Part shown: piece by piece, positions 24,906 to 39,785 of the stretch | Position numbering within the stretch: the stretch's first letter is position 1 | Layout: each line of letters begins with the position of its first letter | Source of the DNA: Camelus dromedarius | Lineage: Eukaryota | Direction: 5' to 3' | Assembly: GCF_036321535.1 (NCBI RefSeq) | Contig: NC_087436.1 | Span: forward strand, 104,224,001-104,288,000 | DNA: 64,000 bases | Notes under the pieces: model-generated | Told to the model about the DNA's origin: nothing | The model's database searches: none | Seen by the model: only the letters and a program-made list of their open reading frames with translations | Position numbers and translations under genes: made by a program

Positions 24906-27189
24906 CTTTAAAAACAAATCCAACAAAATTGGTTAGTTTCTTCATAGACTATTTACAGTTATAAAATTGGCAGTGATATTCTTGGTGTATCATCACAAAA
25001 TAAAAACTATTTGAGTTACGTATATACTTTAATTGCATTCTAAAAACTATAAAATAGTATTAAAATGTTAAAATACCATAAATATGCTTTTAACTTAATA
25101 TTCCAACAAATGATCTACCATATGAAATTCTGACAAGTTAAAAATTTAGTTAGAAAGAAAAACTTTTTGATGGGAAGAAAAAATAAAAATTGTTTGACTA
25201 TAATATTTTACCAGGGAAAATGACAGGAAATTTTAAATTGCTTGATTGTAATATTTGCCAGAGAAAATTTTAGAACCATCTCTAACCCTTTTAAAAACAG
25301 ATATTGACAAGGTTTATAGAAAGATGGCAGAATAACATCACAAGGTATCACCTTTAAACCAAAACCAAAGAGAAAAAAATGTTTTTCAGAAGCCAAGCTA
25401 GCAAGAAAAACCATTGAGATATTTTTCAAAATTAAGTAAATAAAAAAGATTAGATATCCTTTAATCTAGGAATCTCACTTCTATGACTATGATTATGGAA
25501 ATAATTAAAGCTGTTTGTAGAGACAGTGCAGAGAAAATGTCAGGGAAATACTGTTCATTAACAGGAAAATATGAAACAACTTACAACATTCCATTAGAGG
25601 AAATTTCCTAAATAAATTACGGTTAATTCATATAAATTACAGTGTAATATGCCTCAGTTATATAGGTAATGTAGGTAATGACATGAGAAAAATTTCACAA
25701 CATACTTATTAAGTTAAAAAATTATAATATAGTAGTATTTACTGCTGTATGATGGCATTATGAGTAATTTTTGTTTTAAATTTTCTTATATGTGTTTTCT
25801 CATTTTTCTAACAATTAACATACATTTTGGGGAGCAAATAATAATTTTTAAAAATATTTTTAAATGGATATTCTTGAGGAAAAGAAACCACCAAGATTCC
25901 AGTGAAGGAGATTATAATGACAGGCACACCATCATATCTGAGGAAGGTGTGAATAAATTGACAAGCAATGGCTGACAAAATGGAATATGCTGTAAGGTCA
26001 AAAGAGTTTCCCAAAACTGCAAACACTAAATTGAAACTAAAAATATCAATCGTATTTGTTTAAAAAAAAAAAAGATAAAGCAAAAAATCAACAGTGTTAA
26101 ATACAGACTAATATAAAACAATACAATTTTAGTCTAATTATGCAAATAAGGGATCATACTGCACAGGAAACTCACAAGCACAGAATTGAAAAGAAAAAGA
26201 AACTATGAATATGTGGGAAATAGAAAAGAGAAAATATTAGAAATGTAGAAACTGTAACTAAGGAAATGATTATAGGAAACCTTCTTGAGTTAAAGAAGAA
26301 TCCAGCATGACTCATAAAAGGATCAATTCAGCAACAGTCCTTAAGAAAACAGAATGCTATGATTATTAAGGAGAAAAAAACATAAAAATAACCATATAAA
26401 AATTACATGAAATTTAAGTGCTAGAAAAGGAAGAGTTTGGGAGAAATCTTTAATAAGCTAAGAGAAATAATGCTATCACCATAAAGGCAGTTTCAAACCA
26501 AACTAACTTTCCTTTAAAGTTAAATGTTGTTTACAATTCTAAAAGTCCTGAAATAATTTCTAAGACTGTTTTATGCTGGCAAACTGGTATCAGAGACAGC
26601 AGGCTCAGGAAAGAAATAAAAATCAAATGTGAGAGAGTCAATCACTCATTTACTCATTCACTCCACACCTATTTATTGAGCAACTATGTGCTAAGCACTG
26701 CACTGCCTGTTGGAGAGGAGTAGTTAAGGACAAGATTAACTTGCAGCTGGTTTGTGGTGGCTTTATCTTATCTTCAGGGATACCTGGACATCTGGTAGTG
26801 ACTCTTGGCCAAGATGGGATGAAATGCACTAACTCGTCATTAATAATGTATATTTAATGTCCCCTGGAGGCACTCCACATCAGTTTATTTACATTATTTA
26901 TTGAAAATTTGCAGATTGCTAGTTTGTACCCGATATAAAAGACCCCTCAGAAGACTTGTGCCTTGACTCCCAAGACCAAGGTGTCTTGCCTGTATCTTAG
27001 TAATTCATAGTCTAAAGACAAAGTGCATTCTGTACAACTGAGAAAGGGCCCTGGGAGCCGTGCCTGGAAATTTGTATCTTTATATTTGCATGTGCTTTCT
27101 TTCTCTTCCTGAAAGAAAGCCTTATGTAGGCGAAGTCTTGTGAGTCTTTTCAATTATCTGACTTTATGTTGTAGCAGAGAAAAATGCTT

Positions 27190-28100
27190 CCATCCAGTAG
27201 GAAAAGGCGGGCAATAAGCAAAACAGAAAAACAGTATGTTATATAAGGATAAATGCTATGGAGAAAAACAAAGTAGGAAAGGGCTATAAGGAGTTCAAAA
27301 GAGGGGAGCCAGGGAAGGCTTTGCTGAGAAGATGACAATTTTGTGTGTATGTGTCTGAATTTTTAACACGAATGTTCTTTTTTTAAACTGAAATATAATT
27401 GATGCAGAATATTATGTTAGTTTCAGGTGTACTACACAGTGATTTGACATTTGCATGCATTATGAAATGATCATCGTGGTGAATCTAGTAACCATCTCTC
27501 CCTGTACAGAGTTATTACAATATTATTGACCATATTCTTTATGCTGAGAATGTGACATTTAAGCAGACATAAGGAGTAAAGGAATATACACACAGGTATC
27601 TGGGGGAAAAGGACGGCAGGCAGAGAAAACAAGTAGCAAAGGTCCTCAAAGGGGAGGAAGCCAGGTTTGGAGAGCAAGCAGGCTAAAGGAGCTGGAGAAG
27701 AACAAATCAGGAAGAAAAGTAACAGGAGATGAACTCAGAGAGGTGATGGGGGATCAGATCAAATAAGGTGTTTTAGGTCACTGCCATGACTTTGGTTTTT
27801 AAGTAGAATGAGTTGGGAAGCCACTGGATGCCAGAAAAGTAGCCTCTTCAGAAGTGCACTTACAAGGTTTTCTCTAGAAACTCTGTCAAGAACAGAGTCT
27901 AGGTGGGCAAGGGGAGAAGCAGAAAGAGCAATTAAGAGGCTACTGAAATAGTCCAGATAAGAGATGGCAGCTCGGACCAGTGACATAAGAATGGTGGTGA
28001 TAAGAAGTGGCTGGATGCTGGTTACACTTTGAAGGTAAAGCTGAAAGGATTTGCTGATGGATTACATGTAAGGCACAAGAGAAAAAGTGGACTCAAAGAT
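27190..28100 (-). mobile_element. L2 LINE fragment
   Basis: L2 antisense body (GGGAAGCCACTGGA...TAAGAGGCTACTGAAATAGTCCAG...GATTTGCTGATGGATT). Confidence 0.7.
27376..27545 (-). mobile_element. Short L1 3'UTR fragment inserted in L2
   Basis: T tail then TTAGTTTCAGGTGTAC...AATCTAGTAACCATCT; flanking TGCTGAGAA..TGACA duplication. Confidence 0.75.
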
Positions 28101-28730
28101 GGGTGAATTAAAATAATTAGAGCCTACTGAAGAGCTCCACTTGAATACTCAATACGCCTCTCAAACTTAATCAAGCTCATCATCTTCACTAATGGAGCTG
28201 TTCCTCCTCCTGTGCTCTCTGTCTTGAGAGAGCAAGTTACTTCTGCCCAATTACCCAATGTAGACACTTAATGGTCATCCTTATTTTTGATTTTTTTCCT
28301 ACTCCCTGATCTAATCAGTTCCTAAATCTTCCTTAAAATCTCTCAAGTCTGTTGAATTCTTTCCATTTTGAATGCTATTTTCTCAGTGCAGACCTTTACC
28401 TTGTCTTACCTGAACTACTAGAACAGGGGGGCAATAAAAAACAAAAAGACTCACTCAGCACCTGTATGTGTCAGGCAGCAGGCTACATGATTTACAATCA
28501 CTATTTTTTAATCAAATCTTCCTAACTGGTTTACTTGCCTCTAATCTTTCCACATTCTAATGTATTTTGCAAGAGCAATTTCCAAACAAAAATCTGATCA
28601 TGTTATTCCACTGCTTCAAAGGCTCTGGGGTTTTTCACATGGTGATTCCTCTGCCTGGAGAATTCTTATATCATCATTTCTTTTACATTTTTATCTCATT
28701 AATATATGTATATTTAGCCATAGAACCTAC

Positions 28731-28777
28731 CTCAAGGAAATCCTTAGGCGCATAAACAGGTCTGAAAAGGCTTAAAT
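28731..28777 (-). CDS. TBC1D19: TBC1D19 coding exon 7 (47 nt)
   Basis: ttctag|AT TTA AGC...CTT GAG|gtaggt = (D)LSLFRPVYAPKDFLE; also visible inside track ORF 28683..28901. Confidence 0.95.
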
Positions 28778-29759
28778 CTAGAATTAATAAGATAGATAAA
28801 ATATCAGTTAATATATTATACTTACTGCTTATAACAAATTTTAATGGTTCTTTTATATGTTGCTGTGCAACTGATGAACTCAAACAACTGCAGAGTATCA
28901 ATTATTTGTCATACAAGGTGTTAAGTACTGGGCCAACAAGAATAAAAGTCTCTTTTTGTGACAGCCTAGATGACATATTCTAGAAGAAACTAAGAGTCCT
29001 CCTTTCATAAATTTGTAAGATTATTTGTAATTGAATTGGAAAACAATGTCAATATAATATGAAATTTCCATATGAGAATTCTTAATGTCCTTAGAATACA
29101 AACAATGCATTCTCAGTGAACTGCTGTCACTGTATAGTGAACTGTTCTCCGTTTTGAACTTCCATAATGCACTGCTTCGTTTATTACAAATGTATTTTTT
29201 GCCCTCCCACTTTTTTTAAGGAGTTGTGAGGAATTATGTACATATCTACCTAAATAATAACAAACATCTGTTTATCATAATAAAGGAGATATAGCTGTCA
29301 CTCATTATACATTTATAAAATTGATTGACTGAATTTTAAACATTAAAATGAACCAAAATAAATTCTTAAAAACATTTTAGAAGTCTTAAAACTTTTCAAC
29401 ATTTAACCTGCCTTTAACATCTCAGTGTAATTAAAGCTTGAAAAAGATTTACCCTAATTGTAAGTCTGAGAAATCCACTGAATGACTTAATTTACTATTT
29501 CATAAAAATGTTTTCAAATGCTGCTTTAAAAAAAGATAAGTGATTTAAACATTCTCAAAATAATTGAGAACACTGACTAAAGTTAGAAATTTTTAAACTG
29601 CAAAATAGAGGTTTAAGCAAACAAAACAGAGGACAATAAATTAGTGGGGAGGGAAAGTTGCTATCTTCCCCCCGAAATTGTTAATATTGTTATTTTGGAT
29701 CCACAATTAAGAAAGCATTTTTCACCCATTATCACATTTTGAAGAAAGTTTTCATATAC

Positions 29760-29823
29760 CCGGTTCATCGGTTCCCATTTCATTCCATTTATTGAGAAGC
29801 TCTTTCTGTTCTCCAACTGGCCT
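29760..29823 (-). CDS. TBC1D19: TBC1D19 coding exon 6 (64 nt)
   Basis: tttag|AGG CCA GTT...GAA CCG G|gt = RPVGEQKELLNKWNEMGTDEP(D). Confidence 0.95.
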
Positions 29824-30019
29824 CTAAAAAAGGTAATTTTAAAATTGGTTTCATTTTGTGAAGTTAGGCAATACAGCTGAAAAATAAGAATCAATACCTC
29901 ATCTAAAAGCTTAAGGAAGCTACCATCACACAAGGAAAAATAATTTCATTACATATGGTGAGATTTTTTTTGGAATTACACTTAAATTATTATTATTTAA
30001 CTATTACATTATATGTAGT

Positions 30020-30250
30020 CTCAAGGGTTCAGTTAGAACATGGTGCTAATGAGCCCAAGAATAGAAGGTAAATGATCTGTACTGGTCAGTAGAGGTTCAC
30101 AAAGAAAAACTGCTCCTCAGCCACATACTACATCTCTTACCCCATCCCGCAATCTCAGAAAAGCACCCAAGGGGGACGGGCCAAGAGAGTGTGGCTGGGA
30201 GTCAGTAGCATCGTCTTCCTACATGAAAGACAGTATATTACACAATACTA
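30020..30250 (+). mobile_element. Ancient tRNA-derived SINE (MamSINE1-like)
   Basis: tRNA-like head GTTAGAACATGGTGCTAATGAG then AGAAAAACT...CAAGGGGGACGGG...GAGAGTGTGG, matching the MamSINE1 body as I recall it. Confidence 0.65.
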
Positions 30251-30866
30251 CATATTTAGACAGTTTTCCATATAAATTTATCTTTTTTATTTTTTACGCC
30301 ATCCTTCTGGTGCCTTGAGTGACTTGTGCTGGGATATTATCCAAAGTACATCCACTACATCCTGCCTAAAAGCAGGGAATAAACAGCAGGTAGGGAGAAT
30401 GAAGGGAAGAGAAACTTGTTCTCTCCTACTCGTGAGCAGCCAGGAGAATCCAGAACATTCCGCAAGTGGCTTTTCTCTCTTTTCTCATCTTTCCCCTCCC
30501 AAAGCCCAGAGTGACACATAAATGTTGAGTATTAGTTCTGCAGAGAGATGACAGCACATTCGAGCAAAGAGACTAAAGGTAACTAAGACCTTTGAAGTGT
30601 ATTTATAACCTTTATAGCCAAACCTCTAAGTAAGCTGCACTGCAGAGCCTACGCTTTTTTCATTTTCAAGCTATAGGTTTACTACAAAAACTGTGACAGC
30701 ACCCGTAATAGAAATCTATACAGAATACACCCACGTAATTGGCCTTCTATAGGTCAAAACAAACCGATATATTAGTAAAAAAAAAAAAAAATCTGCCTAA
30801 CAGTTATACCTTCATGATACCTCCTAGTAGCTGATTCACAATGAAATACTTCAATGTTAAAAGTAC

Positions 30867-30941
30867 CTTTCGTGCCAACGGGATACTCAGTTCAGTGCAC
30901 ATACTATTTAAACTCTTCAAAATTCTTTTTTCCCAACTTCC
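30867..30941 (-). CDS. TBC1D19: TBC1D19 coding exon 5 (75 nt)
   Basis: tttcag|GGA AGT TGG...CGA AAG|gt = GSWEKRILKSLNSMCTELSIPLARK. Confidence 0.95.
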
Positions 30942-33900
30942 CTGAAACATAAGGAACAATCTATTATTTTTTTCTGGTTGACAATACCAAAACTGATAGT
31001 AAAAATTAAAGATACTATGAGTTACACAGAAATGGTGAAGATGGTTAAGATTGGTAATCTTTAGTCATTAGGTCACTCAACAAATATTGATTACTGCCTA
31101 CCATGTGCCAGATACTATCCTTAGTGCTATGAAGGAAGCTGTGAGCAACAGGAGGCCTCAGACCTCACGGAACTGACATTCTAGTGGAGGATGTGAATAA
31201 AGACAGATAAAAAACAATACATCAACAAGTCAGACGGTGATAAACATTATAAGGGAAAATAGCAGAAAATAAAAAGGTAAGTTAGATTTAAGCATTTTAT
31301 AAATCCCATTAATGACCTAGTAAAATAAAATTTTATAGGAATTGTTATATTGTAATTTTTCCAAACATGGTATTTTACCCCTAAATACTTCAGCATGAAT
31401 GTTCTAAGAATAAGAACCTTCTACATAACCAGAATACCACTGTCACATCTAAGGAAATTAACAATAATATTTTGTATCATCTAATATTTAGTCCATATAC
31501 AAAATTTTCCAATTGTCCTCAAAATGCCTTTGTAGTTTTTTAAAAATCCAGGATCCATTAAATATCCATTCATTACATTACATTTGGTTGTTATGTCTCT
31601 TTCAGTGTAGCTTCATCTAGAGTGCCTTTGTCCTTTTCTTTTTCATATTGACTTGTTTAAGGAGTCCAGGCCAGTTATCTTTTAGAATGTGTCACAATCT
31701 GGGTTGGTCTTACTGTTTTTTCACAATGTTGATACACCTTCTTCTCCATCCCCTGAATTTCTTGTAAACTTGAAAGAATAAGTTAATTTGAATGGTCAGT
31801 CATAAATTGCTTATCCATATGTACCATTATTTTAGTAAGCTACTCTTTTTAATGGAAGCTAAAATGCCATAAGCTTTTTGGTCTTTTTTACTAAAATATA
31901 CAGGCCACTTCTGACTCACTAAAACCAAAATAAAATAACATCAAAGCTCCAAAATTTAGATCAAGTGAGGAGAAAATGAGTTATATGCATTATTTAAAAA
32001 GAACAGTTACAACCAGTTAATAAAAGTAGAATAATAATAGCTCCTTTACATGATTGTTATAAAGATTAAAAATGTAAAGTGCTTTGAACGGTAACACAAT
32101 AATGATAATAGTAACCATTCAGTAACTGACAGCTTTTACTAGAGCTATCATCACTCACAGCTTCTTCTTTAACACACATATTTAAATACTTTACTCTGTA
32201 TCTGGAAAGTACTCTCCATGCTCTGCTCCCATCCCAATATCCTTATTCCTACTTTATCTGAATACATTTTATTCACCTTTCAGGTCTTCACCTCTCTTAA
32301 GCCTTCTCTTACCTGGTCCCCCACCCCAGAGAGTATGAGGTGCCTTTGCTTACGGGTTCTCACAGCACCTCGTCCTCCACCTATCACAATACATATTACA
32401 CTTTATCTAGCACATAATAATTTCTCAATAATTGAACAGATTTCTACTCTAAGCTATGTTGCAAGCATTTAAAAAACACTTTGATACAACTGCCTATGCA
32501 ATCAGTGAACAGAAAAAAAATCACCTAGGAGAAATGCAGAGCTGTGAAATGCATAAGGCTTTGTTTACTAAATATAGAGAAATAGGTTTTTTAAGAATAA
32601 AAGAATACTGTTAATAAATTGCATGAAATATTCCACCCCCCCCAAACTAATTCCATTTACTGGCTTATTTTTGATTCTCTCTCTCTCTCTTTTTTAATTA
32701 TAAATAATTCTTAGATCCAAAACTTAAAATTTGGGTACATTATTTATAACCAAACATTAATTACTGCAATACAACCCACTTCCACTCTCAACATCCTTAT
32801 TTTCAATTTATCTGGATAAATCTTACTCAACTTTCAGATCTCAGCTTAAAAATAATCTCCTCTAGTAAGTCTTCTGTCACTTGCTCCCCCAACTCCATAT
32901 TGTGGGGGGAGCAGGTATGAAAAAAGTTAATTTAAAAAATTTTTAATTCAGTCATTACTATAAAAATAATATTTATATAAAGATTTAAAACTCAACCCCT
33001 GAATTTATAATATTTATCCTATTATATGAGGGACTAAATTTCTAGCTATTGAATTATGGCTCTAAAAATCCTCATTTTCAAACACTAATAAAAGGGCTTC
33101 TGAGTGGATAAAAAGACAATATAACCCTCAGATATAAAAATAAAATTAAAATTACAATAGACATTTATGTGTGGCTCATAATATATACTGTACAAATTTT
33201 CAAGACTATAATATATAATTTTAATACAGCACAAAACCTACAAAAAACATTTAAAATAGAATGATACTTTCTGTAATTATATCTTGACAAGATATTCTGA
33301 GACATATTTAACTTATCCTTTAAAAAATTATTTTAACAAAAACATTTTTTCAGGTGTTTTCTATAAAGTACAATCTTAAGTGAATAATCATAATTCTCCT
33401 AAATGGATATCCCACTGTACCAAGTATTTCAATTTAACAAATTTAAATTTCATGTTAGATGTAAAGTAGAGAAAATAGTTAAGAAAAAAGTTACCAAGAC
33501 AAGAAATTAGATATTAGAAGAAAGCATTTTGAATGAAGAGTTTAAGAAACAGAGCTGTGTGATTTACACGTGTTTACATATGTTATTAATCCTGTGAAAT
33601 ATGTATAATTACCCTCATTTTACAAATGAGGAAACTTTTTAAAAGAACCCATGAGAGTAGAATGGAAAAAATATGAAGAACTAAAGCAACACAGAACAAA
33701 TCTGTATTCAGTTATCATTTTGTTCTGTGCTCCACAGCTACAGCAGAAACTTGGAAATGATCCAGAGCAGAAGAACGAACACAACTAAAAACTGAGGGAA
33801 GGAAAGAGGAAGAAAATGTTTGAATCAGAAAAGTTCAAATTTTTATAGCCAGAACAGGGGAAATGAAGTGTAATAGCTGAATTTTCAAATAATAAAAAGA

Positions 33901-34389
33901 CACTAATTCAACAAATATTTATTGGGTGCCCATTAAACATGCCACTAAAGGATGGATAAAACAGCATAGTGAGGGTGGGAAGGATAAGACAGAAACACAA
34001 ATAGTATGGGACATGTTGCAAAAAGTTCATAAGGGCTGTATCAGTCTATAGATCATATACCACAGAAAACATAAAACAATAAGCAAAGAAACAGGAAGCT
34101 AGATATATCAAAACTTCTGGCAGACAACAGAACACATACCACTTCCTGGAAGTTCCTAAAGATAATCAAAGAAAGTGACCCTGTAGTTGGCCATGTCTTC
34201 CCTATTCCCTGTCTATACCTATGACCCAATGACAAGACTGGCAGGATTTTTCCAAGGTACCCCTTGTGAGAACTTCAGTCAGATTGTCTAAAGTCATTTC
34301 CATAGAAGTCTTGGATAAATCATTTCCACAGACGTCAGAAATAATAAGAATTTCCTGACAGTGAAGGGATGATCCAAGATAAGTATGCA

Positions 34390-34526
34390 TTTTTTGGGGG
34401 GGGGAGGGTTGAGGGGAGGTAACTAGGTTTATTTACTGATTTACTTTTAGAGGAGGTACTGGGGATTAAACCTGGGACCTCATGCACGCTAAGCATATGC
34501 TCTACCACTTGAGCTATATCCTCCCC
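34390..34526 (-). mobile_element. tRNA-derived camelid SINE (Vic-1-like)
   Basis: Reverse complement GGGGAGGATATAGCTCAAGTGGTAGAGCATATGCTTAGC...GGTTTAATCCCCAGTACCTCC; ATCCAAGAT on both sides; same family as 1649-1791. Confidence 0.85.
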
Positions 34527-36110
34527 AGAAATCCAAGATGAAACTTGGCTGCTTTCCAGCTGGGTCATTGTTTAGGTTCCCTCAAGAACTCTAATCTTAA
34601 TTAAGGGCTTCTCACTCATTCCTCTGTCTCAGTGACTAGCATGTATCGACTGCCTTCTATCTACACAGCACAAAGCTCAGATCAACGAGGAAGTATTATA
34701 AGAAGCACATAACCATTTAACACAAGAAAGAAACTTTCCAACAAGTAAAAAGATTTAATAAGAATGGGTTATGTCAGTGAAAATGTGAATTCCCTGTTTC
34801 CAGAAATTTTTGACCAAAAGGAGATGAACTCCAGAGGTTGGACTGGATAAATGTGAAGGTCCACATTAGCTCCAGTTTTATAGATTCTTAATTTTTTTCA
34901 GGTCCTATTTGTGAAAGTGAATAAATAAGCCCCAAGTCTCAAAACTAAATGCTCAAAAAAATCATAGTTATTCCTATGTTATTATTTGAGTAAAAATTCC
35001 AAAATATACCTAGCACCAAAAAAAAGTAGAGGTAGCAAATAAGTTATTGAAAAATGACAGTGCATTAATACAAAATAAGAAGAAAATAATAATTTCTACC
35101 CAAAAGACTTATGAAATACACTTTAAAATGTTATTTAAAAGGAAAATGAATGGCCTTTTACATTTAAAATGTTTAAATAGGAAGACATTACCTTTTACCT
35201 AAACCCATATCCTCTCTAAATGAAATTATTGTTGCTTTCAAATCAGTTTCCCTAATAATTGGAATCTATGGTATTAACTCAAAGGATTTCAAGAGTTTTA
35301 TAAATAAGGTAACTTCTAAGCCATGAGAAGCAAAACAGTCACAAAGGAATTGCAATTGTATTGAAGTCTTTAAATGGGTATTAACTAGTACCTTGCTATT
35401 TTTTATAATAATGAAAGTAAATAAGAAGTCATTAAAAACTATGTAATAACTACTTAGCCCACAAAAAGTACAAAATTATAAAATTAAAAAATTAAAAAAT
35501 TACCTTCTTCACTCTGAAAAGAATAAAGCAAAATAATTATAACCCAGCTATCTACTGGAAAAAGGTTTTTAATAATTCTTTGATTATAAAAGTAACACAT
35601 TTATCAAGATAATTTGAAAAACAGAATAATATGTAAAGAATAAAATAATAAAAAAGCATTCATAAATTTCCATCAGCCAAAAATAACCCGTTAACATTTT
35701 ATTCTTTTGATTTTTTTTCTATGCATGTGTGTGCACAATTGAGATCTATGTGTGTAGTCACACACACACATGCATATATATATTTAATTAAAGTGGAATT
35801 ATATTGTTTTATAGTTTCTTTTTCTGTTTAAGATTATATTGTATGCAATTTCCTGTTTCATTATATTTCTTCAAAAATGTCATTTCTAGTACCCATATAA
35901 CATTGTCTTTTAGAGATTCCATGTTATATTTAAGCAGGCCCTATTGCTACTCACTTAGACGCTTTTAAAGTTTTTACTTTTATTGAACGTAAATTTCTGT
36001 GATTCTTTCCTTTAGAAAGAAGTGAAATTACTAGGAATAAAGGTATGAATGTTTTCTAGAAGAGAAGATTTTCTATTTTTTGTTTATTCAATTCATTCAT
36101 CATTAAAAAT

Positions 36111-36173
36111 ATATCTATATCTATATCTATATCTATATCTATATCTCTATATCTATATATAGATATATATATA
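36111..36173. repeat. (TCTATA)n/(TA)n simple repeat
   Basis: Tandem ATATCT units grading into TA, inside an L2 3' end. Confidence 0.85.
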
Positions 36174-36543
36174 TTGAGCATCTACCATGGGCCAGGCACT
36201 GTGTCAAATGTTGCAGATACAACTGTGAAAAGAGAGACACTGGTCCTGCTTTACAGAGACTACAGAATCTAGGTGATTTTACAGACAACCCGAGCCTTGT
36301 GGTAGGAAGTACAGGGTGGAAGACTGGAGATACAAGATAAGTATCTGGGTATCTGAGATCTGGGGATCAGAGAGCCTTTATAAAGAAACTATCATCTAAC
36401 GTAAGACCTGAAGAATGTGCAGAAGTTAGTCAGAAATTTGTGGGTTTTGAGGGGAGGTGGTTTTGGGGGTAGGAGCAGCAGCATAAGCACAGGTTCTCCT
36501 GCTGGGGAACAACTGAGGAGATCGAGTGTTAGAGACAGAGAGT

Positions 36544-36545
<2 letters not shown>

Positions 36546-36586
<41 letters not shown>
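36546..36586. repeat. (GT)n microsatellite, about 20 units
   Basis: Perfect GT run. Confidence 0.95.
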
Positions 36587-36587
<1 letters not shown>

Positions 36588-37371
36588 AAGTGGGGAGAGG
36601 AGTAGCAGGAGAGGGAGGGACAGCGTGAGGAGCCAAGAGATGAGACTTGAACAGTAAAAAGGGGCAAGATCACTTATAGCCTTTTAAGCAAAAGTAAGGA
36701 ATTGGAGCTCTATCCTAAAAGTCTTAGAAATTTTAGGAAAAGGAGTGGCAATACAGAAGGCAGATGAGGAAGGGGATGAGAACTGAAGTAATATAAAACT
36801 AGCAAAATTCTCATTTTTGCTAGGGTTCCTGGATTGACAGAGAACAGGATAAATTCAACCACACAGCATATCTTGAGTTTGCGTGAGAATTTCTAGACTG
36901 GATCCAGAAATAGGCTGAATATCATCAGGTGGTGTAGATTCTGGAGTGGCTTTCCAGGTTCAAATTCCAGGTCTTCCACTTAGTAGTTCTGTGAAGTTGG
37001 ACCCATCTAAGACCATAAGAGTAACTCATCTCACATGGCTGGCATAAATACTAAATGAGTGAGCACTTTAAAAGCACTGGAATGGTACCTGGCACATAAT
37101 TAGAGCTGTATGTGCCTACAGGTATTATTTCACACGAAAACTTAAGCGCTTATATTTATCGCGCTGTGTATAGCTTCTTCATGCTGTTTTCTGTGAAAGG
37201 TGTAGCAAAATAGTCCCCAAACTATTTTACACGGAAATAGGTCACATAAATTTGAACAAAACTGGATTAAATAAAAATTAACAGTTTCTTTACTGCAGAA
37301 CCTCGCTGAGACTTTAACAAGCCAAAATAAATTGTAAGCAACAAAATTAAGGAGTATCATATTAAAACCCA

Positions 37372-38170
37372 AAGTATAAAATAATATTCATCAGTCCATA
37401 CTAATAGAAACAAATGATTGAATAAATAAATACATGGGGGAGAGGAGACAACTCTTCTATGCAGAAGAATTCCAAGTATTTTCTGTAGATACTCCCTCTT
37501 TAAGGAGGTGGAGCATAACTTCTCCATAAGTGTGAACTGTGACTACTCTCTTCCGGAGAGTACAGTATACACATGGGGGCAGGGAGAGTGACTTTGCAGT
37601 GGAGAAACCTTACAAACACTACCTCAGTCAGGCAATCAAGGTCAACATCAACAGTGACATAGCATGTTGCTAATATGTATCATGACATAATTTAATGAAT
37701 ATAAATGGCACTTTATATCTGTGATCTTCCTCCAAAAACCCCACAACCCCAGTCTAAACAGGAGAAAAACATCAGACAAATTCCAAGAGAGGGATATTCT
37801 ACAAAATACCTGACCAGTACTTCTCAAAACTGTCAAGACCATCAAAAACAAGGAAAGCCTGAGAAACTTTAGCCAAGAGGAGCCTAAGGAGACATGACAA
37901 CCAAATGTAACGTGGTGTCCTGGATGGAATCCTAAAACAGAAAAAGGACATTAGGTTAAAACTAAGGATATTTGAATAAAGTATGAACTTTAGTTAATAA
38001 AGTATTAAAATTGGCTCACTAATTGTAACAAATGTACCACAGTAATGTAAGATGTTAATAAAAGGGGAAAGTGAGTATAGGATCTATGGGAACTCTATAC
38101 TATCTTCTCAATTTTTCTGTAAATATATAACTCTTATTAAAAAAAATCAAGTCTATTAAATATAATAAAA
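37372..38170 (+). mobile_element. L1MC-like 3'UTR
   Basis: TTTGCAGTGGAGAAACC...ATCAAGGTCAACATCAACAGTGA...AATTGTAACAAATGTACCAC, ending in an A-rich tail. Confidence 0.85.
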
Positions 38171-39469
38171 TGTGATTCGCCAAGAGGAAGGCAGGGTGCC
38201 TCTATTCCCAAACTTATTTGTCCACAGAACCCCCTTTCATGGAGCATCTCTAAGGGCTAGGATTCAGCAGAAAACACTCTGGGAAAGGCTGATGAGGTAT
38301 AAGAGGCCTCTTTGCCTCATAAGCCCAGAAAACTTCCTAACCCTCTTCCCCAGAGCACACAGCACTTTCTACCTTATGTTAGAGCTACATGTGTCCAAGT
38401 CTTATTTCAATTATTAAACCATGAAGTTACCCAAAGGCAGAATTTGTATCTAATTTATTTTTGAATCTCCATAGCACATAGCAGCATCTTCTACTTGTAG
38501 GCATTCAGTAAATATTTTTAAAATAAATATTATAATAATTGGTAGAAAAGATGGTAAATACCTTTACTTATTAATTCATCATAAGCTTAATAAGTTTCCA
38601 CTACATTAAAGGTCAGCACACTAGAAGTATGGGTATACAAAAGTATTTTAAAATTGGTACTGCTTTCAAGAGGCTTGTAGGAAAAGTCAGAAAGATATGT
38701 ACAGAAATTATGATAACAGAATGTCATTTGTGATAAGGGCCATAAAATGATAGCATGCTACAAAAGTCCAAAAGAGGGGGAAATCCTTTTCAACAGGGCT
38801 AATAACAGCCTCAGAGAAGAGATGCCATCTGAACTGACACAAAATAGATGAGATTTTCACAATGCAAAGCAGGCAGAAGGGCTTTCCATGAAAGAACCAC
38901 AAAGTAAGGAAGGGCACAAATGACAGTTACAAGACAGCAGAGCCCGATACAGTGGAAGGAGCAGCTGGGGACAGGTAGTGAAACTCTTTTAAGAGGTGGG
39001 CTTTGGAGAAGGAACTTCATTTGTTAAGAAGCTGGCAGTCACTGGAGGTTTGCTAGAAGGCAGTGAGATACATTATAAAGGTTCATCTGCTCATCTTGAT
39101 CATCACCATGATCACTGCGGTGATGGCCTTGGTAATAAAAAGTAAGGGAAGACCATATAATCTTCCTCCTAAGTATTCAACAGTTTGGGAGAAGAGAGAA
39201 AGTAGATGGTAGAAGTGACCTTGGGCTGAGGACTGGAATGGCAGACAGAATTGAAATCTAATGGGGAAAAAGGCATGAGGTGCAAGGGAGAACATGATGG
39301 AACAGCAGTCATTCAATACACGCTATGTAGCTTTCATGCAAAGACAGAACTGCCTGATAGAACAGGGAGCAGAAAACTAGACAATTAGAGGAGAACAAAT
39401 ATGGGAAGACAGGCAGACACTAACTGGTAGAAAAGGTATTTAGTGTGACCATGGCTCAAGAATCATTTA

Positions 39470-39696
39470 CAGTTGACCCTGGAACATCTCAAGGGTTAGG
39501 GATGACAACCACTGCCATGATGCAGCGGCAAATCCAACTACAGTCTGAGAGTTGGGCCCCTGTATCTGCAGTTCCACATCTGCAGATTCAACCAACCCCA
39601 GACAGTGCAGTACTGTAATATTTTTTAGCACTGAAAAAAAATCTGTATATAAGTGAATCCATGCAGTTCAAACCCATGTTGTTCAAGAGTCAACTT
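39470..39696. mobile_element. Tigger2/MER8-type MITE
   Basis: Terminal inverted repeats CAGTTGACCCTGGAACA ... TGTTCAAGAGTCAACT, with TA on the left. Confidence 0.85.
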
Positions 39697-39785
39697 CATT
39701 TCAGCAAATGTGGGCTAGGTACCATGCTTAGATGCTGAGAATAAAAATCACAGTCCCTGCTCTTAAAGAACTGAATCATTTAGTG

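Noticed and set aside
26740..26775. E-box, RUNX-like and double GATA motif cluster
   Set aside because: Orientation does not fit the TAL1-GATA composite and the RUNX site is imperfect; no support without chromatin data.
36392..36673. ORFs with HTHTHT or VCVCVC repeats
   Set aside because: Translation of the (GT)n microsatellite within L2-derived sequence.
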